IMG/VR virus record: IMGVR_UViG_3300035180_000254
Length of the DNA stretch: 64,000 bases
Strand: one strand, 5' to 3'
From: a virus
Shown here piece by piece: positions 51,364 to 60,281 of this stretch. Each line of letters starts with the position of its first letter. The first letter of the stretch is position 1. Under the pieces are notes generated by a model. That model made no database searches, had not been told where the DNA came from, and saw only the letters and a list, made by a program, of their open reading frames with translations. The translations under genes and the position numbers were made by a program.

Positions 51364-52071
51364 CTAGACTCCCACAGTGCAGTGCTCAGTGTTCTTGTAC
51401 GGGCACCACCTGCAACTAAATTTGTTAGCATTGGTCGGAAAGTCATCACACTCGGTGATCGACATTCCCTGGTTGTGAAAGTTTTGTTTGAAGCGCAATG
51501 CTTGGCTACGTGTGAACTGACGTTCAACGATCTCGCCATGGTCGATGTACCAGTCAGCTACGGTCACGTGTTCGAGTTGGGGGTAGCGCAGGAACGTCGA
51601 GACTGCGTAGAGTTGAAGCTGCTGCGCGTGGACGATTTCATTCCCGTAGATACGTCCAGTTTTGAAGTCGATCAGACTCGCGTGAGTCTTCGACCAGTGG
51701 ACGAGTGCATCCACCTTCATACGCACCCAGCCAGACTTCCAGGGGGCGACATCCCAACCCTTGTCGAAGGCCCACTCCTCTTCCATTTCGACCATGCCAT
51801 CGGCATACATCGAGCGCAACAAATCCATGTGCATACTAAAGTGCTTCTCAGCCTCTGGGCAGAGTGCATCATGCTCATTGCGGACGTAAGCCTCAGCGTT
51901 CTCATGCACTCGGGTGCCACGGTCATTGCCGTGCTCGGTCTTACCAGGAGGCAGAGGGCGTTCAGGCTCTGGTATCTTGTTAATGTGCTTCAGCATGAAC
52001 ATGCGTTTGCACTTCGAAAAATCCTGGAGTTTCGAGAACGACCAGCTGCTGGTTTTGACTTGAGTGGTCAT
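51364..52071 (-). CDS. RecB/Cas4-like PD-(D/E)XK exonuclease with a 4-Cys cluster
   Basis: 235 aa. LIDFKTG (D-x-K), QLQLYA (Q-x3-Y), N-terminal Cys plus C-terminal CRWCPYKNTEHC. Confidence 0.8.
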   Translation of the reverse strand: MTTQVKTSSWSFSKLQDFSKCKRMFMLKHINKIPEPERPLPPGKTEHGNDRGTRVHENAEAYVRNEHDALCPEAEKHFSMHMDLLRSMYADGMVEMEEEWAFDKGWDVAPWKSGWVRMKVDALVHWSKTHASLIDFKTGRIYGNEIVHAQQLQLYAVSTFLRYPQLEHVTVADWYIDHGEIVERQFTRSQALRFKQNFHNQGMSITECDDFPTNANKFSCRWCPYKNTEHCTVGV

Positions 52072-52631
52072 GTTGGTGTGGTAGGGTGGTAAATACGTTT
52101 GGCTGCGAGGTACGCTTCATGCGCTACTTGCGGGCTGTTAAACCGGCCAAGAAAGTGGTGTTTGCGCTGAGCGACGATTTGAGCCACCCACTGGCAAGTA
52201 CGTGCTTCAAAACTAACGCCTTGGTAACCAGTGGTATTGCGACTAGGAATTCCACGGTTGTGCTGATTCATAGAAGGCGTCGCATCGCGCAAGTTCTTAA
52301 TCCTGTTGTCCGCCTTCACACGGTTCTTGTGATCAACCTCATATGTCGGCCAGACGCCATGGACGTAGAACCAAGCAAGGCGGTGTGCCAGATAGCGTTT
52401 GCGGTCAATGCCAATACGGAGATAGCCATTTGCCATGACATCACCGACTTCATGACCACGAACTGCGGTCGCCCTCCGGCGCTTAAAGATGCCCGTCAGT
52501 GGGTCGTAATCTAAAACAGACTTAAGACGTTCGTGCGTTAGAATCTGACTGCTCATGGCGCTTGTTCCCCTCTGACAAGTGGTGTGTGAAGTGGTGCTCG
52601 GGAGGTTCCCGCCTTCCGAGCATTGCGCCAT
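52068..52631 (-). CDS. HNH homing endonuclease with AP2-type DNA-binding domain
   Basis: YLAHRLAWFYVHGVWPT.EVDHKNRVKADNRIKNLR...N (HNH_3-like), then GYQGVSF.....W.A......HFLGRF....A..AY (AP2-like). Start at 52631 (8 nt after an element copy) or at 52556. Confidence 0.85.
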   Translation of the reverse strand: MAQCSEGGNLPSTTSHTTCQRGTSAMSSQILTHERLKSVLDYDPLTGIFKRRRATAVRGHEVGDVMANGYLRIGIDRKRYLAHRLAWFYVHGVWPTYEVDHKNRVKADNRIKNLRDATPSMNQHNRGIPSRNTTGYQGVSFEARTCQWVAQIVAQRKHHFLGRFNSPQVAHEAYLAAKRIYHPTTPT

Positions 52632-52639
52632 TCTACACT

Positions 52640-52661
52640 CGATCTAATTTAGAGTTTCGAT
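52640..52661 (-). promoter_or_regulatory. AT-rich 22-bp element
   Basis: rc = ATCGAAACTCTAAATTAGATCG. Overlaps the stop of 52649..53080 (..RSKL*) and lies upstream of the HNH-AP2 gene. Confidence 0.45.
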
Positions 52662-53080
52662 CTTATATCATTCGCAAGATCGACGGAATACTGAGAGTCA
52701 ATAGAGCGGGTGACTCTGGCCAAATCATAAGGACCGTCACCGAAGTATTTGGTATCAATGTCGGTGTCATCCTCACCAATGCGGATGAACGCACCAGACA
52801 TTCGCATCCCTGATACTTCGTTGTCGCTAGGCCAGTCACTGAAGTGTGACCACAGTTTGTTGATGCGATCCACGTCTTCATAGCCGCCGTACCACTTCCA
52901 GTCCTCAGCGGTAAAGCAGATCGTGACGTACACCTTACTACGGGTGATGGACATGTGCTCTTCGCACGGGTCCTTACCAATCCCGGTCCAAGGGTTCGTC
53001 AGTCGAAACGCGCCCCAGGCGGTGAGGACTTCTTCCTCTACGCCCTGGACGACCATGTGTACGTCGCTGCGGTATCCCAT
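52649..53080 (-). CDS. hypothetical conserved phage protein
   Basis: 143 aa, MGYRSDVHMVV... Coding-like. Confidence 0.6.
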   Translation of the reverse strand: MGYRSDVHMVVQGVEEEVLTAWGAFRLTNPWTGIGKDPCEEHMSITRSKVYVTICFTAEDWKWYGGYEDVDRINKLWSHFSDWPSDNEVSGMRMSGAFIRIGEDDTDIDTKYFGDGPYDLARVTRSIDSQYSVDLANDIRSKL

Positions 53081-53081
53081 A

Positions 53082-54188
53082 TCAAATCCTTATCCGCACG
53101 TGCTCACCCCACGGCGGGACCACGTTGGTTGTCATACACCAGAGCACCGGGTAGTCGGGCTGCTCAGAGGGGAAGGGGCCGTAGCCGTCGGTCAAGTAGA
53201 TGAACGCGGCGGGCTTGTGGTCATGATCTTCGAGCCACTGGAACGGCGGGTGGAAGTCGGTGCCACCGCCACCATGCGGCTTGAACTCGGGCAGGCCACC
53301 GCCTTGCTCAATCTCGTCCACGTGCGCCACACGGGAGTCGCAGTAGATGTTGATCAGCTTCTCGGGGTGGGTGCTCTCGAACGCGGCAGTGATCTCGCTG
53401 CCAAACGCGGCCAGGGTAGGGCCGTCGATGGAGCCGGAGGTGTCGATGCCGGTGGCCAGCAGGCCCATGCTCTCACTATGCAGCGCAGGTAGGCAGTAGC
53501 CGTAGGGCACGTACTTCTTGTTCAGACGGGACCAGCTGTAGTCGTTGCGGCTGATCTCGGTGATGAAGCGCTGCAGCACCTGTTGCCAGGGCACCTGAGG
53601 CTCCTCGTTGATCTCGACGAAGCGCTCCATGCCCTTGGGCATCTTGCCCATAACCTTGGCACCGGCCACGGCTTGTTGGACGTTGATCTCCCACTCCATG
53701 TCCATCTCGACGGTCTCACCCGCCGATTCGCTGGCGTCCACCACCTGGTCGAACTGTTCCAACTTCTCGGACTGCTCCATATCCTGCATGAGCAGATCGT
53801 AGATGTGCTCGGTGGACATGTCCTTGTACTTGGCGTCATAGAGCCAGTTCTGGCCAAGCTTGAAGCCAGCTTCCTTGATGACCAGGTTGATCATGTAGTC
53901 ACCGGCAAAGTTCCAAACCTTCGGGTTACGGCCGTGGCGACGCGTGGTGTGGTTCGAGACGCAGTGCATGATCTCGTGGACGAACGCAGACTGGGCCAGG
54001 TCCTTGGGCAAGGTCAGCACGAAGTCCGGGTTGTAGAAGATGTGCTTGCCGTCCACGCACAGCGTCGGAATCTTGGTGTTCTCCACCAGCTTCAGGTGCA
54101 TGGCCAAGCGGCCAAAGAAGTAGTGATCCAGCAGCAGCGCCACGCGAGCGGCGATGAGGTGGTCAAGCGCTTTCTTGTTCATCTTCAT
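53082..54188 (-). CDS. VWA-like protein with N-terminal zincin motif (DUF2201/CobT-like)
   Basis: 368 aa. HEIMHCVSNH metallopeptidase-like motif. GIDTSGSI MIDAS-like D-x-S-G-S. Confidence 0.7.
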   Translation of the reverse strand: MKMNKKALDHLIAARVALLLDHYFFGRLAMHLKLVENTKIPTLCVDGKHIFYNPDFVLTLPKDLAQSAFVHEIMHCVSNHTTRRHGRNPKVWNFAGDYMINLVIKEAGFKLGQNWLYDAKYKDMSTEHIYDLLMQDMEQSEKLEQFDQVVDASESAGETVEMDMEWEINVQQAVAGAKVMGKMPKGMERFVEINEEPQVPWQQVLQRFITEISRNDYSWSRLNKKYVPYGYCLPALHSESMGLLATGIDTSGSIDGPTLAAFGSEITAAFESTHPEKLINIYCDSRVAHVDEIEQGGGLPEFKPHGGGGTDFHPPFQWLEDHDHKPAAFIYLTDGYGPFPSEQPDYPVLWCMTTNVVPPWGEHVRIRI

Positions 54189-54834
54189 ATCCCTTTAGTT
54201 CGTCTTCGAGCATGTCGTTCGCAATTAGAGCTTCGAGCACTTGCTCGTCGTCAGAAAGGTAGTCGTTTTCTTCTTCGAGCTTGATGTACAAGTCGTCAGC
54301 ATGGCCTTTTATTTCTTTTTTAAGGTTTTCGAAGAACTCCTCCATGACAGAGTCAAATTCGTCGCGGACTTGTTGCTGTGCTGCCTGCCTCAAAGCCGGT
54401 GCGTCGTCATCGACATCAGGCAAGTCATATTCGAAGTCAAACTTCATCGAGCTGGAGTGGCAGTAGTGCCCTTTCGAACTCCACACGATGTGGCAGTCTA
54501 GGTCTGACTTGTATCGGGCATACATCTCTTGCGCTGCTGGAATTTTTTCCATACGGCAAAGAAGATCAGAACAATACATACGACCGGCGAATGATGCGCC
54601 GTCGCCCTGGCTGCTAAAGCCGGAAAAGCTAATGTCCGGCTCTTCCCATATGTGGCCTTTGGCCGTACGTTGCGTCCGGGTGTCGATGTGTATTCCGAGC
54701 GCCTGCATATCCAACACAAAATCTGTATAGATGCCGTCCCACCAGTCGTCACAGAGGTTGACATCCCGGTACTTGTCGAGGATCGTTTGCTGGTCGAAAC
54801 TGCTCAGGGCTTCGAAGCGTTCTCTAAGTTCCAC
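54163..54834 (-). CDS. acidic hypothetical protein
   Basis: 223 aa, D/E-rich, especially the C-terminus (DDEQVLEALIANDMLEDELKGYEDEQESA). FSGFSSQGDGASF motif. Confidence 0.6.
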   Translation of the reverse strand: MELRERFEALSSFDQQTILDKYRDVNLCDDWWDGIYTDFVLDMQALGIHIDTRTQRTAKGHIWEEPDISFSGFSSQGDGASFAGRMYCSDLLCRMEKIPAAQEMYARYKSDLDCHIVWSSKGHYCHSSSMKFDFEYDLPDVDDDAPALRQAAQQQVRDEFDSVMEEFFENLKKEIKGHADDLYIKLEEENDYLSDDEQVLEALIANDMLEDELKGYEDEQESA

Positions 54835-55063
54835 GGAGCCTCCTCAGTGCAATAGATTCCTCTACCCAGGCTTGCGCCTCTTCGGCAGTCAGGAAGAACA
54901 TGGTCTGGTCTTGGAGCAAGTTGCTGCCTTTAACCCTGCGAGTTCGCAACGTGTCATACCCGTTGCGGTTCAGCGACTTCAGGTACTGACCGACGAACTC
55001 GCGTGCGTAGTAGCAGTAAGCACTGACGCCATCGGCACTAGGCTTCCAGGTCAGCTCGGACAT
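54824..55063 (-). CDS. hypothetical protein (79 aa)
   Basis: ORF track entry. Overlapping junctions within the operon. Confidence 0.5.
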   Translation of the reverse strand: MSELTWKPSADGVSAYCYYAREFVGQYLKSLNRNGYDTLRTRRVKGSNLLQDQTMFFLTAEEAQAWVEESIALRRLRGT

Positions 55064-55881
55064 ACTGCCAAGATCGCCTGGGCCTCAGACAGCACACGTG
55101 CGCGTGTCGTCGCCGAGTTGCGCAGCTTCTGCGGGTCGACGATCAGGCCCGCGACGATACGGTCACAGACGTGCTGCATGTTCGGGTCGTCGTTGATGTT
55201 TAGGCCGGGCAGGAGTCGGCTCAGGTCTTCGAGGTTTTCGATAAGCGAGTCGTGAATCACAGTCTTTTTAGCGCTGAGCCGATCAACGACACGACTAAGG
55301 CCTTCCCGAATTCGTACCCAGGCTGATTCAATCGCGGCTTTCTGTCGTTTAACCACTCGGTCAGTAAGCTCCTGAGAAATCCGTGCGCGTTCTGCGTCAC
55401 CCACGTCCACACGAAAATCGCTTCCGTCGGGCACAGGCATGATGTCCAGCTCCACGTCGAACTTGCCGTACAGCTCAGAAGCTTCCGGGTAGTCGTCGGG
55501 CTGGAACATCGTGCCCAGGCGGCGACGGGCCTCCTGTACGAGTGTGGGGTATTCCTGGGCGAACTTGGAGACCAGGTTCGCGTACTCCTGCTTCATACGG
55601 CGCATCTCGGCGCTATAGTCGCGGAACAGCTTGGAGGGGAGCAGCCGCGCACCGTTGTCCATCCACGGCAAGGTCATCTTGTAGTGGTAGTTGCGGATGC
55701 TGGTCGCATACTGGGTCAGCGGGTCCAGGTACTGCTTGTCGATTAGGTCTTTGTTGTAGCGGCCTGCGTCACGTGCATTGTGCGCAGCCTCCACTTCCCT
55801 AGAGACCTTCTTGTCTTGCTTGCGTGCTGTCCAACAGCTCACAGAGAGCGTGATCAGCATCGCCTTATCTTGAAGTGCCAT
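55051..55881 (-). CDS. DUF3150-like protein
   Basis: 276 aa. LITLSVSCWTARKQDKKVS...MTLPWMDNGARLLP pattern, recalled from plasmid/ICE clusters containing CobS/CobT-like genes. Confidence 0.6.
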   Translation of the reverse strand: MALQDKAMLITLSVSCWTARKQDKKVSREVEAAHNARDAGRYNKDLIDKQYLDPLTQYATSIRNYHYKMTLPWMDNGARLLPSKLFRDYSAEMRRMKQEYANLVSKFAQEYPTLVQEARRRLGTMFQPDDYPEASELYGKFDVELDIMPVPDGSDFRVDVGDAERARISQELTDRVVKRQKAAIESAWVRIREGLSRVVDRLSAKKTVIHDSLIENLEDLSRLLPGLNINDDPNMQHVCDRIVAGLIVDPQKLRNSATTRARVLSEAQAILAVCPS

Positions 55882-56092
55882 TGTTTCCTCTCAATCGCAG
55901 AATCGCGAACTCAGTTTGAAATTCGTCGAGTCGTTCACGTATGTAGTCAGCACTCTCGCCGGGATCGTTGCGATGGTCCCAGTACCACTGATACCAGGCG
56001 CGCTCTACACCAGCTACATACATGTCCATCACTTTGCTCACCGCAGCGGCGTGCCAAGACTGGAACTCACTTGGATGGAGGTAGTTCACCAC
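55865..56092 (-). CDS. hypothetical protein (75 aa)
   Basis: ORF track entry, W/Y-rich. Confidence 0.45.
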   Translation of the reverse strand: MVNYLHPSEFQSWHAAAVSKVMDMYVAGVERAWYQWYWDHRNDPGESADYIRERLDEFQTEFAILRLRGNNGTSR

Positions 56093-56312
56093 GAATCCTC
56101 ATCAAGGCGATCTTCTCGACCATCCACTCCATGCGCTCCGTGCTGATGCGTAAGCCCCTCAGCGCGCCGTTGTAGTGGATACGGTAGCTATCGACTAGAC
56201 TGCCGTACCGAGCGTTGCCAATGTTGAAATGCTTCTTGTACTCAAGCAGCGCTCGCATTGGCAGCTCGTCAGGGTCAATCCAGTCAGCCCTTGCGTAATC
56301 ACGCAGGGACAC
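56067..56312 (-). CDS. hypothetical protein (81 aa)
   Basis: ORF track entry. Confidence 0.45.
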   Translation of the reverse strand: MSLRDYARADWIDPDELPMRALLEYKKHFNIGNARYGSLVDSYRIHYNGALRGLRISTERMEWMVEKIALMRIRGELPPSK

Positions 56313-56317
56313 AGCTA

Positions 56318-57340
56318 CTAGACCAGCAAAGAGCGGTTCTCACGAATCCAGCTCGTAAACGCTTTGGTCTCGCTGATCGCTTCATCGCGGCGGTCAGCCT
56401 GGGTGACGTACACCACCTCGAAGTCCTTGGACATGCGGCCCACGTACTTCAGGTAGGCCGGGAACGTCTCGGGCGTAGTGCGTGCTTCCAGGCCAGCCAG
56501 GACGGCATAGCGCGTGCTGGGCGACTCGGGCACCATCACGCCTTCGGGGTCGCTGGCGATCTTGTCCAGGTCAGGCATGTGTGCGCGATCACGTGCAAAG
56601 CCCACTAGCTTGGTCGCCACGCCTTCGCCGATGGTGCCTTGCAGCAGCGGCAGCATCACCTCGGGGCGCAGCTTGCTGTTGATGACCTTGTCGGCCACGG
56701 CCCAGGTACGGGGCGTGTGGAAGGCGCGGGCACCGGGCTCAATCTTCTCGACGACCAGGTCACCGGGCTGCATGCGAATGTAGCCACGGGTGGTCTCGCT
56801 CAGGCCCTTGTCCAGCGCCCAGTTGTTCCAGTCTTCGTGGTCCACCGTGTAATCCAGGTGGATGAAGCGGTTGCACAGCGCGGCGGGCATGGCATGCACC
56901 ACGGAGCGGTCTGTGGAGCGGTTGCCAGCGGCCAGAACGGTCCAGCCAGGGGGTAGCACGTAGTCACCGATGCGGCGGTCCAGGATGAGCTGGTAAGCCC
57001 CTGCTTGGACCGAGTTGGGGGCAGCGTTGATCTCGTCCAGGAACAGGATGCCGTTGCCCTTGGTGGGCAGCTGGGCCATAGGGAAGAAGGCCATGGTCTT
57101 GGTGGCCGTGTCGGGCATGGGGAAGCCCTTGAGGTCAGTCGGGTCGCAGTTCGACAGACGGATGTCCACGAAGGCGAAGTAGTCCTTCTTGGCCTTGATC
57201 TTGGAGTTGATGCGGTCCACAGTGGCGCGGACCACGTCGGACTTGCCGACGCCGGGAGGACCCCAGATCATGGTCGGCTGCTGGATGCTCACGACGTATT
57301 CGAGAGCTTCGATGAGGAGAGAAGGCTTCATGTTGTCCAC
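56318..57340 (-). CDS. AAA+ ATPase, MoxR/CobS-like (AAA_5)
   Basis: 340 aa. Walker A GPPGVGKSD, Walker B ILFLDEINAAP, sensor AAGNRS. Confidence 0.85.
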   Translation of the reverse strand: MDNMKPSLLIEALEYVVSIQQPTMIWGPPGVGKSDVVRATVDRINSKIKAKKDYFAFVDIRLSNCDPTDLKGFPMPDTATKTMAFFPMAQLPTKGNGILFLDEINAAPNSVQAGAYQLILDRRIGDYVLPPGWTVLAAGNRSTDRSVVHAMPAALCNRFIHLDYTVDHEDWNNWALDKGLSETTRGYIRMQPGDLVVEKIEPGARAFHTPRTWAVADKVINSKLRPEVMLPLLQGTIGEGVATKLVGFARDRAHMPDLDKIASDPEGVMVPESPSTRYAVLAGLEARTTPETFPAYLKYVGRMSKDFEVVYVTQADRRDEAISETKAFTSWIRENRSLLV

Positions 57341-57351
57341 CTAAAAAAGAA

Positions 57352-57570
57352 TTAAGGATATTTGCGCGGCCACAGGGGCAGCGTGATCTTTTCAGCCCCG
57401 AAGAGTTCGAGGTATGTGTTGGGGTAGACCTGGTTACCCGGCGCGACGTACATTCCTTTATTGCAGTAGTGCGGCACGAGCAGCAGGCCAAGCAGCAGAT
57501 ATGCAGTCTGTGGGGCCAGCTCGTGGGGAACGTTGTAACTAGCCACGGTAGGCATGGTGGTCAGGTCCAT
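57352..57570 (-). CDS. hypothetical protein (72 aa)
   Basis: ORF track entry. One hydrophobic segment. Confidence 0.4.
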   Translation of the reverse strand: MDLTTMPTVASYNVPHELAPQTAYLLLGLLLVPHYCNKGMYVAPGNQVYPNTYLELFGAEKITLPLWPRKYP

Positions 57571-57700
57571 AGGTGACGCAGAATTTCTCTGCGCCCAGCT
57601 CGTTGCGCTTCGCCTTGGCGTCGGGCTTAGAGGGGAAGAACAGGTCGGGGAGGATGCGACCAGTGGAGAGGTCGCGCAATGCGAACAGGCGAGGTTTCAT
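57539..57700 (-). CDS. hypothetical small protein (53 aa)
   Basis: MKPRLFALRDLSTGRILPDLFFPSKPDAKAKRNELGAEKFCVTYGPDHHAYRG. Below the track cutoff. First ORF after a weak element copy. Confidence 0.4.
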   Translation of the reverse strand: MKPRLFALRDLSTGRILPDLFFPSKPDAKAKRNELGAEKFCVTYGPDHHAYRG

Positions 57701-57729
57701 GGTGTTCCGCTTCTACTGAAGTTGTTGCT

Positions 57730-57751
57730 GGATCGAAAAAGATTATAGATT
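57730..57751 (-). promoter_or_regulatory. degenerate AT-rich element copy
   Basis: rc = AATCTATAATCTTTTTCGATCC. Lies in the gap between the phosphoesterase operon and the next genes. Confidence 0.3.
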
Positions 57752-57900
57752 ACTTCAGCATTTGTCTCCTCGGGATTTAATGTGTTTATTTCCGTCGTTG
57801 CGGTAGTAAACGTGCTCCTTATTGGGCTCGTACTTACCCTTGAGTTTGTTCACCAGCACACCTGGGGTGGTCTGGACGGGGAGTTTGATTGGCTTGGGTT

Positions 57901-58422
57901 TCACTTGTTCATCTCCTCAACCCACAGGTTGTTGACGGACATGCACTGCATCACATCGTCGATGTGCATGGGTGCCATCCACTTCGTAGCGTCCACGCCC
58001 ACGTCCAGGCGGTTCTTGGCCTTGTTGGACATGCCGTGGCTGTGGCCATGGAGGTGATAGCGGTACTCACGCCGCCAGCTCTCCAGCGGGTAGTGACACA
58101 GCACGAAGCGACGCTCCTGGTCGACCTTGAGGTAGGTCAGCTCGGGTAGCACTTCGTAGAAGAGGTGCATGACCTTCTTGGCGCGTCCCAGGTCGTGATT
58201 GCCTGGCACCAGGATGATCTTGCCCTTGAGACGTTCGATCAGCTCATAGTTGCTGAAGGCCACGTCGCCTAGATGGTAAACGGTATCATTGAACTTGACC
58301 GTTTTGTTCCAGTTGTCGATCATCACCTCATTCATGTGCTCAACTGATGCGAACGGACGCTGGCAATATTGGATGATGTTGTTGTGACCGAAGTGCGTGT
58401 CGGATATGAAGAAGATGCTCAC
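57901..58422 (-). CDS. calcineurin-like metallophosphoesterase (Ser/Thr phosphatase-like)
   Basis: 173 aa. ISDTHFGH, LGDV, GNHD, HGHSH motifs. Confidence 0.85.
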   Translation of the reverse strand: MSIFFISDTHFGHNNIIQYCQRPFASVEHMNEVMIDNWNKTVKFNDTVYHLGDVAFSNYELIERLKGKIILVPGNHDLGRAKKVMHLFYEVLPELTYLKVDQERRFVLCHYPLESWRREYRYHLHGHSHGMSNKAKNRLDVGVDATKWMAPMHIDDVMQCMSVNNLWVEEMNK

Positions 58423-58748
58423 GTTGCTCCCCCTTCGCGTGCTGTGATAGCGGCGTCGATGGCTTGGTCAAGTGCGTCCATGCGGTACGTGGTAAACGGC
58501 TTGAACCGATCCCCGTACCATTCGTAGCGAACCTGCCATCCGGCACTGCTTTGCAGTGTTGCGGCAGGCGGATGACTTGGGGTAGCGCCACATGCCTCTC
58601 GCAGCCACCGATACCTTGCAGCATCCCGCCCCGACTCCTGCACGGCGGTGGCTAGGGTGGCTAGAGTGGCTAGAGTGGCTAGGGCTTCTTCGCGTTCTTC
58701 GTAGTTGGCAGTGCGCCAGCACCCTGCAAGTTGCATGATCTTGCTCAT
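58419..58748 (-). CDS. hypothetical protein with (ATL)n microrepeat
   Basis: 109 aa. ALATLATLATLAT is encoded by four 9-bp units at 58648-58683. Confidence 0.5.
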   Translation of the reverse strand: MSKIMQLAGCWRTANYEEREEALATLATLATLATAVQESGRDAARYRWLREACGATPSHPPAATLQSSAGWQVRYEWYGDRFKPFTTYRMDALDQAIDAAITAREGGAT

Positions 58749-58930
58749 TCAGTACCCCCATAATCTGCTGCCACTGCAGCTAAAAATGCACTAACAATAA
58801 TGACAAACGTTGTGATAAGAAACTTAGTGTCTGGCATCCACGTTGTGTTCTGAATGGCAGCAGTGGAAATGGACGTAGCGATCACCAGTCCGGCTGTGCG
58901 CGCAACACGGCCTCCGTCGATCTTGCTCAT
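58745..58930 (-). CDS. small membrane protein (61 aa)
   Basis: Two hydrophobic segments. Confidence 0.45.
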   Translation of the reverse strand: MSKIDGGRVARTAGLVIATSISTAAIQNTTWMPDTKFLITTFVIIVSAFLAAVAADYGGTE

Positions 58931-59163
58931 ACTGTTCCTTTCAGTGCGGTGGTGAGGGCGGCTCTAGCTTCTGCATACAGCTTGTCAGCCTTAAATGTTG
59001 TGCTGCTATATCGCAGTTCTTCCAAAGCCTCCAGCGCCTGCTGTGCTGCTGCTCGGAGTGTTTCAAGTTCAACCTGTAAGGGATGCTTACAAGCTGCGTG
59101 CAGTGGCGGCTCTGTTGTGATGTACTTACGGCCATTGGCGTCCGTGATGATTTTCTCAGTCAT
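58927..59163 (-). CDS. hypothetical protein (78 aa), paralog of the next gene
   Basis: LRAAAQQALEALEEL and C-terminal TTALKGTV align with LRAAAEQALEALKHI and TTALKGMK of 59160..59429. Confidence 0.5.
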   Translation of the reverse strand: MTEKIITDANGRKYITTEPPLHAACKHPLQVELETLRAAAQQALEALEELRYSSTTFKADKLYAEARAALTTALKGTV

Positions 59164-59429
59164 TTCATTCCTTTCAGTGCGGTGGTGTTGATGTAGGCTT
59201 GGGCGTACTCGGCGGCGTTCAAGTCGGCACCGGGCCAGTCATCATTGGCTATATGCTTCAAAGCCTCCAACGCCTGCTCTGCTGCTGCGCGGAGTGTGGC
59301 TATCTCCGCATGCAGATCAACGGTTACTGCTGCGACGTAGACGTGGAGTTGGTCGGCGGTGTAGACGGGCTTGTGGTCATTGCCCCAGTCGCATAAAAAA
59401 CCAGTTGGCTCTGGCAGTGGTGTGGTCAT
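59160..59429 (-). CDS. hypothetical protein (89 aa), paralog of the previous gene
   Basis: See 58927..59163. Confidence 0.5.
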   Translation of the reverse strand: MTTPLPEPTGFLCDWGNDHKPVYTADQLHVYVAAVTVDLHAEIATLRAAAEQALEALKHIANDDWPGADLNAAEYAQAYINTTALKGMK

Positions 59430-59432
59430 AGA

Positions 59433-59685
<253 letters not shown>

Positions 59686-59702
<17 letters not shown>

Positions 59703-60060
59703 CAATAGACTCCTTGGCTACCGTGCTGCATGGGATCAACTCACACACGCCTATCAACGCAATCTCAGGATTAACTACGTCGATCTTGCAGTCGGGTTGC
59801 ACGCCAGTCTGAGCGACACCAGACAGCGCAATACCGTCTTTTGCTTTCCATGACCACAGGCGGCGAGAGTCTTTCAAGATTACGTTTTCACCATCCACGC
59901 TCACGACTTCACCGGCATGGACTCCTGCGGCGTAGCAACGTGCAATGACGTACTTTCCGACAAAGGGGTGTCGCGTGGTTTGTGCAGGTTGCGCAACGGT
60001 TCCATTTACAAGTGCTGCGATTTCGCGGATTTGCTTGAGTGTCAGTTCTTCGATGTTCAT
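59686..60060 (-). CDS. hypothetical conserved phage protein (124 aa)
   Basis: ATG at 60060 follows AAGGA. ...KYVIARCYAAGVHAGEVVSVDGENVILKDSRRLWSW... motif is widespread in phages. Confidence 0.55.
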
Positions 60061-60101
60061 TTCATTTTCCTTGGTTAAAATAGTTGGAAGTGGTGTAGTG
60101 G

Positions 60102-60281
60102 TCACGGTGTCTGTTCTTTTACTTGTCGCGTCCACTGTACCCACGTTTCTGCGTCAAACAGCCACACATAGTTTTGACCTAACTCTTGGGCGCGGTCGTC
60201 AGCGCCAAAGAAGTCCTCATGCTCACCGAGGTACACGATGTTGTCGCCATCGGTGAGTCCGTACCATTTACGCGAGTTCAT
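60102..60281 (-). CDS. hypothetical small protein (59 aa)
   Basis: Internal ATG at 60281 of the track ORF. MNSRKWYGLTDGDNIVYLGEHEDFFGADDRAQELG... The track's N-terminal extension looks non-coding. Confidence 0.4.
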   Translation of the reverse strand: MNSRKWYGLTDGDNIVYLGEHEDFFGADDRAQELGQNYVWLFDAETWVQWTRQVKEQTP

